From: Trichoplax adhaerens
Lineage: Eukaryota; Animalia; Placozoa
Assembly: GCF_000150275.1 (NCBI RefSeq)
Contig: NW_002060948.1
Coordinates: 4,944,336 to 5,008,335, forward strand
Reading direction: 5' to 3'
DNA length: 64,000 nucleotides
Within the stretch, counting starts at the first letter, position 1. Every line of letters starts with the position of its first letter. Position numbers and translations under genes: made by a program. This document shows positions 38,857-51,889 of this stretch, piece by piece. The notes under the pieces were generated by a model. It was given only the letters and a program-made list of their open reading frames with translations, did not search any database and was not told the origin of the DNA.

Positions 38857-39901
38857 GTTGATTCTGTCTTGATAATAAATACTTAGTTTAACATAATTTT
38901 AACCTTTGAAAGCTTTTAGATGATAAATTGATATGTAATATCGATATTAATCATAAATAGAATCTGAAAATAGTATATGGATATCGATTTCTATACGCGA
39001 ATACTTACTGTTTGGCCTGATACTCTTCTTGAAAGATAGTATTAAATTTCTTCTGTCCTTCTTCTAAATGCTAACTAGAACCTTAGTGAATTTTTTAAGA
39101 TAATGAGGTTTACCGTAAAGCAAATATATTACAGAACATTGACCTATGCTGTGCAATATAGGCCAATTAATCTGAGAAGATAATCATATTTTATTACAAT
39201 ACTCAATTGTAAGCGATATATTTAATTAACTATCCATAAATCACCGTAGTTTTATTGCTCATATTAACGTTGTTTATATCCAATCATGATAATCAACTTG
39301 CTAATTAATATAGAATTTCTTCTATCAAACTGGCGACGTAAATAAAAATAACCTTGACCTCAAAATTAGGCACATTGCTAAATCGGCTTGATAAATATCA
39401 GTGGCTAACATTCAATATTCACTATTATTGCAAACAATTCACTAAAATAATTTAGCCTAATTAAATTATATTTAAATTGTTACAGCCTAAAGTAGATTTC
39501 AACGTCGAAATTAAGCAAGAAAATGGGAATGGCTTTAAAATGATATCGATTTCTTTTATTGAAGCGATTGTGAATAATAAACACCTCAGTTATGTTTTTA
39601 TAAAGTTACAAACTACAACAATTCTGAAAAACAACTTTATTAGTCTTTATTTTGTATTGCATACCCAACACTGCTGTTGACGGGAGCAGAAGTCTTTGCT
39701 TTCACTTATACTGTCAGGTATAAGTGAAAATATTGATCCAAGACTGATATGTACCGTATATAAAGTAAATTAGATGAGTATGTTAGATTAAATATTAATA
39801 TGTAAGCGTCTGTAACTGTTAATATAGCTGTGTAAGATCTTACTATGTGAGACAGCATAGCCTACATCATAGCCCTAAATTTAGCTAGTAAAGTTCGCGT
39901 A

Positions 39902-40559
39902 TCATGATGGCAGTGTAATCATTTTCGAGAATTGTAAATAATATACTGATACATTGTCTGAATTAGTAACATTGATATTTGAAAGAATATTTGACGGCCT
40001 AGCTGGCGTACAAGATTTCATTGCTAACTTATGATATGCATAAAGACCGCATATGGAGTCCAAAACGAGAAGGCAAATAACCAACATAATGATGAAAAGA
40101 CGTAGGCATGAGCTCGATTTATTCTCAATTCACGCCTTATTGGATGCATATTCGAATTATATCGATCGTTACAAATAGCTGTTAATGTAAACGATATTGA
40201 TGTTATACATGCTCCTGGTACAATTTCAGCCATTTTGCATACAGAAACAGTAACTGGGTAATAGCGCTATACCTGGATTGGATGTAATAGTTCGTAAATT
40301 TTAATTGGTATCCGTATACTTGCTATTAATAATCTAGCAATGGCCAGATTACCAATAGATTGATCGGTATCCACAGATTCGTATTTGCCAAAATAATCCA
40401 TAAAATCAGTAAATTACCAGGTATAGCTATCGTCATGACTACGATAGCAGTAATGAGGAAAATCGTTTGCATGGCTAGTTCATCGACATTAGTTAACTCA
40501 TCCTCTTTGCCAAAGATAGTTAGTGTATTACTGATTGAGCTATTAGAACTAGTATTCAT
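39902..40559 (-). pseudogene. Frameshifted, 3'-truncated GPCR paralogue, cluster copy 2
   Basis: Near-identical to copies 1 and 3. It has a 9-nt in-frame deletion in TM1, an apparent 4-nt deletion at LLV/CNL, a second frameshift after FWTPY, and homology ends at FSKMIT (start of TM5). Confidence 0.92.
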
Positions 40560-42067
40560 ATCGATTCTTGTTTTGGCAAGAAACGTTTAATTTACCGCAA
40601 TTTCAATCTTTACAAGCTTTTACTGTAGATGATAAATAGCTATGCAATATCGATATCAATCATGAATACAATCCGAAAATAATATTTGGATGTCGATTTC
40701 TATAAAGAAATTCTTACTGTTTGCCTTAGTACTCTTGAAAGATGATATATATTTTTTATTATGTATGGTATTTAAGTCTCCTCTATCTCTGTACTAAACG
40801 TTAGCTAGAACCTAGGTGACTTTTTAAAGATAATATGGTTTATCGTAAAGCTAATGTATCACGTAGCTATTGAATTATGGTGTACAATATAGACCAATTA
40901 ATCTGAGATTTGATCATGGTTTATTACGCGCTCAATTGTACACAATATATCTAATTAACTGTCTTTAAAATAATGTAGCTTTATCGCTCTTATTAAGGTT
41001 GTTTGAATCCGATCATGCCAATCAACTTCCTAATTAATCGATATTAATCGACATAGAATATCTTCTATCAAATTGGCGACGTAAATAAAAATAATCTTCA
41101 CCTTAAAATGAGGAATATTACTAAATCGGCTTGATACATATAAAAGGTTAACAATCATCATTCACTATTATTGCAAACGATTCACTATAATAATTTAGCC
41201 TAATTAAATTATACTTAAATTGTTACACTTTATAAACAGTAAAAAATTTTCGATTTGAGTAAATAGGAAGGAATTAAATTAAACAATGATTCTAGCAAAA
41301 TGACTCGCTTAACTATACTATATATCATATATCATATAAATTAGTGCGCTCCAAATAAATTAAAATTCACCTATGTTACTAGTCAGTCTTTATTCCAAAG
41401 TCGAAATTAAGCTAGGATATAGGTATAGCTTTAAAACGATGCCGATTTTCTTTTATTGAAACAAATATGTATTATAAACACCTCAGTTATGTTTTTGTTT
41501 GAGTTAAATACTACAACAATTCTGAAAAATCTTTCTTAGTCTTCGTTTCATATTGAATATCTGATACCGTGATTGATTAGAGCAGAAGTCTTTGCTACTG
41601 TATGTTGTGCAGGTATAAGTGAAAAAATTGATGCATTACCGTGACTTACGCTAGTTTATAACGTAGTTTATACAAACTACTGAACTACGGTAACTCTAGA
41701 AGTTACATATCTTCATTAATCCCATTCCTGTAATTGATATTTTACAAATCTAGTAAGGTCAGCTTTCTAATTATTCAGAACCGTACACGTATCCTATCAA
41801 AATTGAGAAGTAAATTAAAATGAAAAAGCTGACTATGAACTGTTCTCTTACTAAAAACTACTTGATCAAAAATGAAATGTTACATTCAAATTTCCTATTC
41901 ATATAAAGGATTGATCATAAGCCTTTTAGTTAGCTAGATTATACCATAATTATTACCTATTTGTTCAGTCAATTACGATAAAATGATGACAGCGATATTT
42001 TAAGTTGCTTCGATATTTCATCATCGCAGAATTTTGATGTTTTAAATACTGCTGCAGTATTTAAAAT

Positions 42068-43240
42068 CTATGAATTGAATGATAGCGATCTTACTCGAGA
42101 TAAACTATTCATTCGACCAATATAACGCAACCATTGAGGTGCATTACTTCTATAAGTATGATTAAAGTAACCATAAATAACTGCATTGTAAGCAACACAA
42201 GAATAATTCAAAAGAATCAAAATGTTGGCCACATAGTAAAGCAAGTAAAAATTTCCAACGTAAATTAAGCCAAAATCCAATAAGACTAAGATCAAGTAAT
42301 ACGGTAGATTGCTAATCATAAACAAGACTAAACAAGCAACAAAAATTTTAACAATTCGTTTTCTAATTTTCAATCCATACTCGTTCAGAATTAATCTCTC
42401 AAATCGTCCATGAGTCGATCTTGTATTTGTTAATGTAATCGTGCGATCGTTACTTGGCATAACTTGACACAATTTTCTAACAGTAATTATATATAATGTC
42501 GTCATAATGATAGCTGGCGTTAGGAAGATCAGAACAAGAAAAAGTAGCCATACAATCATTTTTGAGAATTCTAAATAATATACTATTTCATTGTCTGAAT
42601 TAGTAACTTTGATATCTAAATGAGAATTTAGCGGCCAATTTAGGGAACAACGTTGAAATCCTTGAAAACTGTAAACACTTGTAAAGATTCCATATGGGAT
42701 CCAAAACGAGAAGGCAAAAAACCAACATAATGGTAAAAAGACGTAGACCTGAGCTCGATTTATCCTTAATTTTCGCTTCGTTGGATGTACAATCGAATTA
42801 TATCGATCGATACAAATAGCTGTTAATGTAAACGATATCGAAGTTATACATGCTCCAGGTATAATTTCAGCCATTTTGCATGCCGAAACAGTAAATGGGT
42901 AATGGAACAATGCCTGGATTGGATGTAATAATTCGTAAATTTTAATTGGTATCCGAATACTTGCTATTAATAATCCAGAAATGGCCAGATTACAAACTAG
43001 TAGATTGATCGGTGTCTGCAGATTCCTGTTTGCCAAAGTAATCCATAAAATCAGTAAATTACCGGGTATAGCTATCGTCATGACTACGACATATAAGATA
43101 GCAAGAATGAGGAAAACCGTTCGCATGGCTAGTTCGTCGGCATTAATTATCTCATCCTCTTTACCAAGAGTAGTTAGTGTGTTGTTGATTGAGCCATTGG
43201 AACTAGTACTCATGTCGATTCCTATTTTGGTAAGAGACAT
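42068..43240 (-). CDS. Intronless rhodopsin-class GPCR, cluster copy 3 (390 aa; the second Met matches the paralogues' start)
   Basis: Same motifs as copy 1: PGN, NLAISG, DRY, SNLPYY, YNAVIYG. Confidence 0.95.
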   Translation of the reverse strand: MSLTKIGIDMSTSSNGSINNTLTTLGKEDEIINADELAMRTVFLILAILYVVVMTIAIPGNLLILWITLANRNLQTPINLLVCNLAISGLLIASIRIPIKIYELLHPIQALFHYPFTVSACKMAEIIPGACITSISFTLTAICIDRYNSIVHPTKRKLRINRAQVYVFLPLCWFFAFSFWIPYGIFTSVYSFQGFQRCSLNWPLNSHLDIKVTNSDNEIVYYLEFSKMIVWLLFLVLIFLTPAIIMTTLYIITVRKLCQVMPSNDRTITLTNTRSTHGRFERLILNEYGLKIRKRIVKIFVACLVLFMISNLPYYLILVLLDFGLIYVGNFYLLYYVANILILLNYSCVAYNAVIYGYFNHTYRSNAPQWLRYIGRMNSLSRVRSLSFNS

Positions 43241-45754
43241 TTAATTTACCATAATTTCAATCTTTACAAGCTTTTAGATGATAAATAGATATGCAATATC
43301 GATATCAATCATAAATATAATCCTAAACTAGTATATGGATATCGATTTCTATAAACGAATACTTACTATTTGGCCTGGCTCGCTTCTTGAAAGATAATAC
43401 TTATTTTTATTTTTATTATGCACGGCTAAGTCTCTTCTGCCCGGCTTTTCTTAAATTATGAACTAGAATTTTATCGATTTATAGAAGCAAATGCTTGCTT
43501 TTTGCCCTAGCACTCTTCTTGAAAGAAAATATTTGTTCTTATTATGCACGGTTAAATCTCTTCTGTTCAATCTTTGTTCGAAGTGTTTACTGGAACCTTG
43601 ATGACTTTTATGAGATAATAAGAGCTACCGTAAAGCAAATTTGTCGCTGAGCTATTGAGTTATGCTATGCAATAAAGGCCAATTGATTTGAGAAGGTAAT
43701 CATGGGTTACTATACGCCCAATTTAAAGCGATATATTTAATTAACTATCCATAAATTAACGTAGCTTGATTGCTATTAATTAATGTTATTTGTATTCTAA
43801 TCATGACAATCAACTTGCTAATTAATATAGAGTATTATCTGTCAAACTGGCGACGTAAATAAAAACAAGCTTGATCTCGAAAAGAGGAATATTGCTAAAT
43901 CGGGTTGATAAATATCGAAGCTTAACATTCAACATTCACTACTATTACAAAAGATTTATTAAAATAATTTATACTAATTAAATTATGCTTAAATTGTTAC
44001 AGACTATAGAAAGTAGGAGAGTTTTTAGATTTAAGTAAATATGAATTAAGAAATAAAATTAAATAAATGATTCGAGCAAAACAACTCACTTAATAATATT
44101 ATATATCGTATATCAGAATAAATTGGTGTGCATAAATAATTTAAATTCCCTTATATTACTAACTAGCCTTCATTATAACCTTCATTATATAGTAGCTATT
44201 TTAAAGTAGGAATAAAAATATCCTAGTATCAGTTCAGAGGCCTAACTAAAGTATATTCCAATGTTATAACTAAGTTCATTCTCGTTATAATGGATCAATC
44301 AATGTTAAATATGCGAAAATCGTTACAAATCTAAAATTTGTAACGATAAATAAGGAAAAATATTTCATCAGAAACTAACAACTACGAGTCTACGGTCAGG
44401 TTTGTGCTCTCTGACATCTACCTACATTACAGTACGTCTCTAAATACTGACGACGATCTTCTATCATCAGGAAGAAATGGAAGCACCACTAATAATGGCT
44501 TTCTAAGACAAAACTGAACGGAAAATTTATTGAAAAATTAATCAATTTATAGTAAATTGACATAAACATTAATTAATTATCAGTTTATTGATAACATTGT
44601 ACAACTATACCTTTATCTATTGACTATATGTAAAACGTCATAGATTAATTAATATCAACATACTCCTAGATAAGTAATCTTATGCAGGCCATGTTACGAT
44701 AGCTAAGCAAAAGTTACTCCGTCTCAAGGACATAGATTACTTTGAAGGCAAATTCTTCACTATGATACTAATTCAGTAGAGTTTAGTGGGTTATCTGAGA
44801 ACATGATCTTACCATATAACTTTAAGTAATCTACTAAATAAACTATCTCGAAATCATATACCTTTATTCATATTATAGAAGTTACTACACCTAGCCTTCA
44901 TAACAAAATTACTAATTATCCAGTACAACTCGCCAAATTTGAGGCATTAATTCAACAATGTGAATTATTGTCCATAAAACGAACAGTATGAATGAAATCC
45001 CTTAATAGGAAGTAAAATTTTACGTTCAGCTTTTACTACCAACACAAAATGATCAATGAGAAGCTTTTTCAGTTCAAATGAACTCAAGGTTACTGTCCAT
45101 TTGATTTATAAATCAATCGATCGATTAGATAATGTTTCAAAATTGATTTAAAATGGCTCTAACGCTTTAACAATATAGAATTTTTAGTGCAATTAGTACC
45201 CTATTGTCACAATTTCACTTCTGCGACAAGGTAACGTACAGTAAAAGTCTAAAAGTAGCTACTGACTTAACACCCTTTTACTTAACGTTAAACACACACA
45301 GCAAAAGACTGTAAAGATGAAACTTTTATTAGCTAAGATACATCTACAACTTTTTTACCACACTCTCAATCAAATGTTCCCGTTTATATAGGAACCGTCT
45401 AATTTTTAAACAACAACAGTATTGTTATTATACCCTACTAGGAGAAACATCTCAACTGAGATTCTCCTTACATAGCTTTTCTATCAGTAAATATTTTGAA
45501 CCTCTTACTCATACTTAATCTTAATCTAAGCTAGTAGGTTGTCTAATTCAACTATCATCAACTAGAACTTGAATCATCCTACTGCTATCTATCACACAAT
45601 AACAATCAATATCAAATATGTAATGAACTATTACAAACAACATCCACGTTAAGGCATTACTTATCTTACCTAGCACCACAAATATGGATATTCTCCATAA
45701 TAGCTACTACTGTACTTATTAAACTATCCTAATGACAAGGCAACACCGTAACAC

Positions 45755-46888
45755 CTATGACGACTGCTTTTTTCGAATTAAGCTACACACTGAGCTAATA
45801 TAGCGCAACCATCGAGGAGCATTGCTTCTAAAGGTATAATTAAAGTAGCCGTAAATAATCGCGTTATAAGCAACACTAGTATAGTTTAAGAGAATTAAAA
45901 TGTTGATAATACTATTAACTAGGTAATAATTGAAGCCTAAAATTAACTGAAACTCTATTAGCATAAAGATTAAATAATATGGTAGATTACTAGCGATAAA
46001 CAAGGCGAGACATGCAATAAAAATTTTAATCACTCGTTTTTTTATTCTTAATCCAGAGCTATACCGAGTTGATCGATCGCCACGTTCATTGGTGAATCTT
46101 GTACTCGTAGACGTAGGTGCATATTTAGAAATTGGTCCTGATCGCCATAACTTTTTTGCAGCAATGATGTATAATGTTGTCATGATGCCAGTTGGTATTA
46201 GGAAGATCAAAATCGTGAAAGATAGCCATAAATATAATTTTGAAACTGGAATATAGATATAGGGATGACCTGAATTAGTAATATTGAGATCTAAATCCGG
46301 ATTTAACGGCCAGTCTGGGACACATACATTAAATCTTTGATTACCGATAGTAATAATCTTCATATAATTTGCGTAAGGCGTCCAAAATGAGAAGGCAAAC
46401 AACCAACATAATGGTAAAAAAATGTAAACTTTTATTAGATTCATTCTTCGTTTGTATTTTGTTGGATATACAATCGAATTATATCGATCAATGCAGATAG
46501 TTGTTAATGTAATCGATATCGATGTAATGCACCCTCCTGGTATAATTTGAAGCATTTTACATACAGAGATATTAAATGGGTAAAAGAATAATGCCTGAAT
46601 TGGATATAGCAGTTCATAAATTTTAATCGGTATCCGTATCCATACTATTAACAATCCGGCAATGGCTAAATTACAAACCAATAGATTGATTGGCGTCCTC
46701 AGATGTTTGTTCATCATAGTAATCCATAAGATTAATAAGTTACCAGGAATAGCTACAATACCGACGAACATATATATGACAGCAATGATGATGAAAACTA
46801 CACGCATAGCTGGTTCACCAAAATTACTTATTCTAGCATCGGTGGTTGTTAGTGTGCTATTAATTGTATCATTAAAGCTACCATTCAT
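45755..46888 (-). CDS. Intronless rhodopsin-class GPCR, cluster copy 4, more divergent (377 aa)
   Basis: PGN, NLAIAG, DRY, FLPLCWLFAFSFWTPY, SNLPYY, YNAIIYG. Confidence 0.95.
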   Translation of the reverse strand: MNGSFNDTINSTLTTTDARISNFGEPAMRVVFIIIAVIYMFVGIVAIPGNLLILWITMMNKHLRTPINLLVCNLAIAGLLIVWIRIPIKIYELLYPIQALFFYPFNISVCKMLQIIPGGCITSISITLTTICIDRYNSIVYPTKYKRRMNLIKVYIFLPLCWLFAFSFWTPYANYMKIITIGNQRFNVCVPDWPLNPDLDLNITNSGHPYIYIPVSKLYLWLSFTILIFLIPTGIMTTLYIIAAKKLWRSGPISKYAPTSTSTRFTNERGDRSTRYSSGLRIKKRVIKIFIACLALFIASNLPYYLIFMLIEFQLILGFNYYLVNSIINILILLNYTSVAYNAIIYGYFNYTFRSNAPRWLRYISSVCSLIRKKQSS

Positions 46889-47077
46889 ATTGGTATTTTA
46901 AGATAGACAAGTCGGCAAAGAGACTTCACAAGCTGAAAGATACTTAATTTACTAGATAATTCCAACTTTCTAAAGCTTTTAAATTGCTATATATTATTTG
47001 ATATCACGCGCGGACATAGTCAAGCTGCGATAAAACTTCAATTTTTCTTCCGATAACTATTTGGTTATTCTTTTTAC

Positions 47078-47360
47078 CCGCAAGCTCTTTTTGCCAATTT
47101 ATATATTTATTCGTGTTACAAAGTTTAGACTTTATTCCATTCAAAATTTTTCGCTAAGAGTATCATCATTCTAGATTACAATTTCCGTAATAATAAAATG
47201 TGCCAGATTGAAACGATTAAGCAAGCTCTTCTCGTCAAGTTATATAATTTTCTTGTATTACAAAATTTGAACTTTACTCCATCCAAATTTTCCGCGAAGA
47301 GTATCCTTCTGGATCACAACTTTCTCTTTAATGAAAATATACTGTATAGAAACGATAAAT
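47078..47360. repeat. Tandem duplication, about 140 bp x 2, upstream of GPCR copy 4
   Basis: gcaagctctt.t.g.caa.tt.tata...ttacaaa.ttt..acttta.tccat.caaa.ttt..cgc.aagagtatc at 47079 and 47221. Confidence 0.8.
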
Positions 47361-47563
47361 GATGTTTTTTTAATTACTGTGTACATTACTATAAAGCCAA
47401 CTGATTAGAAAAGAAGATTTTTAGTTTATAGTAATTATAGCTTCGACAATCTATTAAATTAAAGATCTCCAAACTGTAGGTCTTTACTTGTATTATTAAA
47501 ATTGTTGTTGCTTAGTTAATTAACATATTGCCAGTAAAGAATGGGAGTAATTGCATCAAAACG

Positions 47564-47575
47564 ATGACGTAAACA
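47564..47575 (+). promoter_or_regulatory. Conserved GACGTAAAYA composite motif (bZIP/CRE-like half-site overlapping a forkhead core) upstream of the cluster GPCRs
   Basis: ATGACGTAAACA here; GCGACGTAAATA at 39333, 41076 and 43850. Confidence 0.4.
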
Positions 47576-48063
47576 GAAAGATGTTTGATATGGAATTGCA
47601 GAATACCATTGAAAGTAACTTGATGAATATCGAAAATTCACATTCAATATATTCTATTAATTCAATAGGTTAATTAAAAACATTCGTAGTTCCTTTTCAG
47701 CTATAATTATGTTGTAAATTATTACAATACCTATAGGAAGTAAAAGACTTTGGGGTTCGAACATGGTTGCTGAAATATAGGAAATTACTTTAAGCGCAAT
47801 AGCGTTCTATAAATTCTCCTATATAATATAATAACGCAAATTGGTGCACCAGGTAGATAATTCAATTTTTTTCTTTTTATTAAAAAAAGAAAAATATAAT
47901 GCTGCATACTGTCTCACAAGTAACCGGTATTGATTTGTAATTAAGACAAGGTTGTAGTTGAGTAAAAACATGTAGTCTCCATATAATTTTATGTATAGTG
48001 GTAGAAGATACTAGTCATACTTGCAATTCACACAGTAATCCATCCAATTAATTCACTTTAATA

Positions 48064-48461
48064 CTAGATTACTGGGATTCTCTGATATTTACAACAGGCA
48101 GTAACAATATTTGGCTTTTTGTAGTTCATATTACATATTACTAAATCCAGATATTGTTCCAGCGAAACCAAAATTATTATAAGTATTACGTAAATTAGTG
48201 AGATAGAAACCTTCATTGGCTGTAGAAATACGGTATGAAAGGTCATGTGGCAAGAAAAAGCAATAAAAAAGTAGCTAGCAATATTACACCTATCGATTAG
48301 CTGATGCTACTAGATTCAAAATCGATTTCAATTGGTAACAAATTGTTAACCTGGAAGCAATAGCTGAACAACTCTATTGGCTTTGTAGTTATGACCGGTT
48401 CCCGGTTGTATAAAATGTCTCCAATATCCACACCAATTAATATGGAAGAAATTACTAATTT
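48064..48461 (-). pseudogene. Heavily decayed relic (TM1-TM3) of a GPCR related to the gene at 57287
   Basis: Relic vs 57287 gene: VISSILIGVDIGDILY vs VIESILIFVTNGPILL; ESSSIS*SIG vs ASSAICSIIFG; ISLIYVILIIILVSLEQY vs LASIFALHVTLISLERY. Blocks are in the correct order, with stops and a frameshift. Confidence 0.6.
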
Positions 48462-48560
48462 TCTGTTATCAATCAACTCAATTTGAAATTGATCAGCCTA
48501 TCATTTGTATCTTTATCCCATACTACGCTAATGTTGTTATAAACCAACGAAATTCTACGC

Positions 48561-49052
48561 GAACTAATATAGTCATTATAAACTATCATGGATATCTACC
48601 TAGGGAACTACTAAAAATGATATACTAATATATATAGTTGAAAGCGATAAACTAAAGTAATTTGTAACAGTATTTATTCCTATAACAGAGCCTATCCCTC
48701 ACTTCACGACTAGAATAGCAACATATCACTGTAATTCTTGGCGGATAGATAATACAGTCATCATAAACTATCATGAATATCTATTTAGGATACTACTAAA
48801 AAAGATATACTAACATTTATTTGGAAATGATAAACTAAAATAATTTGTAATCGGATTTTTTGCCGTAATTGTACCTTATCCCTCATTTCACTGCTATTTT
48901 TATATTTCAAAGCAATTCTAAGCGAACAGCTAATATAGTCATCATAAAATATCATGAATATCTGTCTGGGGTACTACTAAAAAACAATATACTACTACTA
49001 AAAAACAATATCCTCCTTGTAGTTGGAAATGATAAACTAAATCAACTTGTAA
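48561..49052. repeat. Tandem array, about 3 x 183 bp
   Basis: taata.agtcat.ataaa.tatcatg.atatct...actactaaaaa...gataaactaaa..aa.ttgtaa near 48565, 48750 and 48931. Confidence 0.88.
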
Positions 49053-50004
49053 AAGCATTTTTGTTTGTAATAAAACTATTTGGAAAAGTAATAAAATTAT
49101 CGTGTAGTGTCTAAATCGAATATAAATTACAGCTGCTAATACAAATTAATGTAAGAGATTGTATGCGTTAGAGATCTTAACAAGAGATTATATATCAATC
49201 ACAAAGTAAACAACCACGATGTTGCAGGTTCTTATTATAACAACAGACATACTTAAATCTAAAATATCTACCGCAATCGATTTGATGTTACTGTACTTAA
49301 AATAAATTAATTCAAAAAATAAAGTAATTACTCAAAGTTTGTCAACTCTTCCTCAAGTTTTTCTAGCAGTGTCACAAAACAGCTTTGCAACAAGATAACG
49401 CAATATACGATCAATAAGTCAATTCCTTGAACCACGTATCAAGGAACGATATCTGCACTATCACAAACACTTTTGCTCTACTAGCAGACTACACAAAGAC
49501 TTAAACGCCTCGTATTTTACGTTAAACACCAAGTTTGAGAATTCTCTTTATTTCACGATATACTGCATTTATACACTATTCCTCAATAGTTCATGAGTCA
49601 TAGTTAATACAATTAACCTCGGAATCATTTACTGAATTAGATATTAAGTTTAGCTACTGCTCCCTTAATGCAGACAACAGTATTTACGAATATAGACATG
49701 TAATGACTAATACAGAATAGTCAGATTACGATATGTCCTATCACGGAACATTTCCATGATAATTTACAATCTACCATAAGTAAATTACAATCACAATGAT
49801 TGGAACTGTAAGTAGATGATTTGCATTCCCTATTATAACTATTAATTTCAGTATGTGTATAAGTGTCACTGTCATAAAAAGTCAGTGCTATATTAAAACA
49901 CAGTATATCCAAACTAGAAGTTAACTAAATAAGGATAGTCTAACAGAATTATCCTAACATAGATATTTCTACTGTAATACAGTATTTAACACTGTAACAA
50001 GCAG

Positions 50005-50620
50005 CTTTAAGCCATAGCAGTATCTTCTTGCAATCACATTCTCATCAAGCCAGTTTAAAATTTTAATTCGTAAAACAAATTGATTCAAAAAATGAACTAA
50101 TTGCTCAAAAGTTGTCAACTCTTCCTCAAGTTTTTTAGCAGCTTTATGCTATAGCTGTATCTTCTTGCAATCACATTTTCATCAAGTCAGTTTGAAATTT
50201 TAATTCGTAAAACAAATTGGTTCAAAAAATGAACTAATTACTCAAAAGTTGTCAACTCCTCCTCAAGTTTTTTAGCAGCTTTATGCTATAGCTGTATCTT
50301 CTGGCAATCACACTCACATCAAGTCAGTTTTTTGCAATTTTAATTCGCAAAATAAATTGATTCAAAAAAAATAAACTAATTACTCAGAGATTGTCAACTC
50401 CTCAAGTTTTTCAGTAGCTTTATACCATAGCAGTACCTTCTTTCAATCACGTTCTCATCAAGTCATTTTTGCAATTTTAATTCGTAAAATAAAAGAGCTC
50501 AATAAAAACATACTAACTACTCAAAGCTTGTCAACTTCTTCCTTAGTTTTTTTAGCAATTTTATGCCATAATTGCATCTTCTTGCAATTGTGTTCTCCTC
50601 AAGTCAGTTTTGCAACTTTA
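50005..50620. repeat. Tandem array, about 4.5 x 138 bp, plus a detached partial copy at about 49300-49370
   Basis: atagc.gtatcttcttgcaatcac...catcaagtcagttt...ttaattcgtaaaa...ctcaaa.gttgtcaactc.tcctcaagtttttt near 50012, 50149, 50286, 50425 and 50566. Confidence 0.95.
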
Positions 50621-51889
50621 TTCGGTACCCTGTCAATTTCACTTCTGAGACAAGTTGAAATCCAAAACTTGATACCATAACCGATTAGAAAGCTTAACAT
50701 TATTTTTATGCGTACCGATTAATCGGAATAAATCTTTTATCTAACGTAGACTATTTTAATCTGTGAGGTAAAAATTATTCCCAGTAAGACTTTATTCATA
50801 ATAGATTAGAAAGCAATAAATAATGGTAGTTGCAATTGCAGAGTAATTATATTATTTCCTAGGAGAATTAGTCAGTTTCTCCAACCTTTTTGACCGAAAA
50901 TATGCAATAACATCACACTGCAAAGAGTTTATTATCAATAATTAACTAAATAATCAGCTATAAATTACATTCATGAACGAGAATCTATTAAGAAACTTTA
51001 TTGCTGATGTAATTAAACTTGATTGGCAACTATTTTAATAATTCTAATTTAGTAATTAGACTAATTTCATACAATTATGGATATTAGTTGTTGCCTAGGC
51101 AAGGTAAGCAAGTAATTTTTTAATACTATTCTGTAATAGATAACTTAGTGTTAATGAAACACCTTTTAATTAGTTTAAATAGATAATTTAGGATTAAAGA
51201 GACATTATTTATTAAAATCTGCTATCAATTAGTCGATAAGGCTGAATGATGACTGTAAATCATTGCAATTAAATAAATAGCGCTCCGATCACGGAAGATC
51301 TTGCTAAGAATGCTGCTACTTACTGCAAAGCGATTAATGGAAAAGAAAATTGGCGATTTCGAAAGTAGAGATAGTAACACTTTCCTGTAGCCGATATTTT
51401 CGTCTTAGCATTCTATTAAGCACTAAATCATTTTATATTTTATTCGGTAAAATTCAACAAACTGTGTTGATTTCATATTATGCTTGCTGTAGGCTGAAAT
51501 TACAGTAAGTGATAGGATATTACATCACCAATTAAAATAATACGGTATTCCTATTGAAAAGTCTTTTGAGTAAATTTTTATTTACTGACCACTTTAAAAT
51601 ATTAGAAATTCTTGCCATATTCTTTGCAACACCAGATAACCTTGTAGTTAGTTTGCGTTGGCAGATACGAAATTATTTGTGTTTTCATAACAGTAAAAAT
51701 TGTAAGTAACGAACAAAATCTTGCCTTCCTCTACATAGCGAAATTAAATTCTATACAAGCTAATTCGTAAAAAATTGGAAAGCAGATTGATCATGATTTT
51801 GGTCCATACTAGATCATATTTGCGCTAATATTCAAGTTGTATATAAAAATTGATGATGGGAAGATTAATTCAATGTGATGGTGATACTG

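Larger units (their letters stand above)
37130..44170. repeat. Segmental tandem triplication carrying GPCR copies 1-3 with their flanks
   Basis: The 3' flank (tttatt.aa...ataaacac.tca...caacaat.ctgaaaaa...tataagtga.aaaat.gat) recurs near 37137, 39555 and 41452. The 5' flanks (38860-39480, 40560-41390, 43240-44170) align with each other. Confidence 0.88.

Noticed and set aside
38600-46901. Plus-strand ORFs at 38600, 40360, 42981 and 46662 that resemble each other
   Set aside because: They are antisense shadows of the GPCR TM1-TM2 coding sequence; the similarity is inherited from the duplication.
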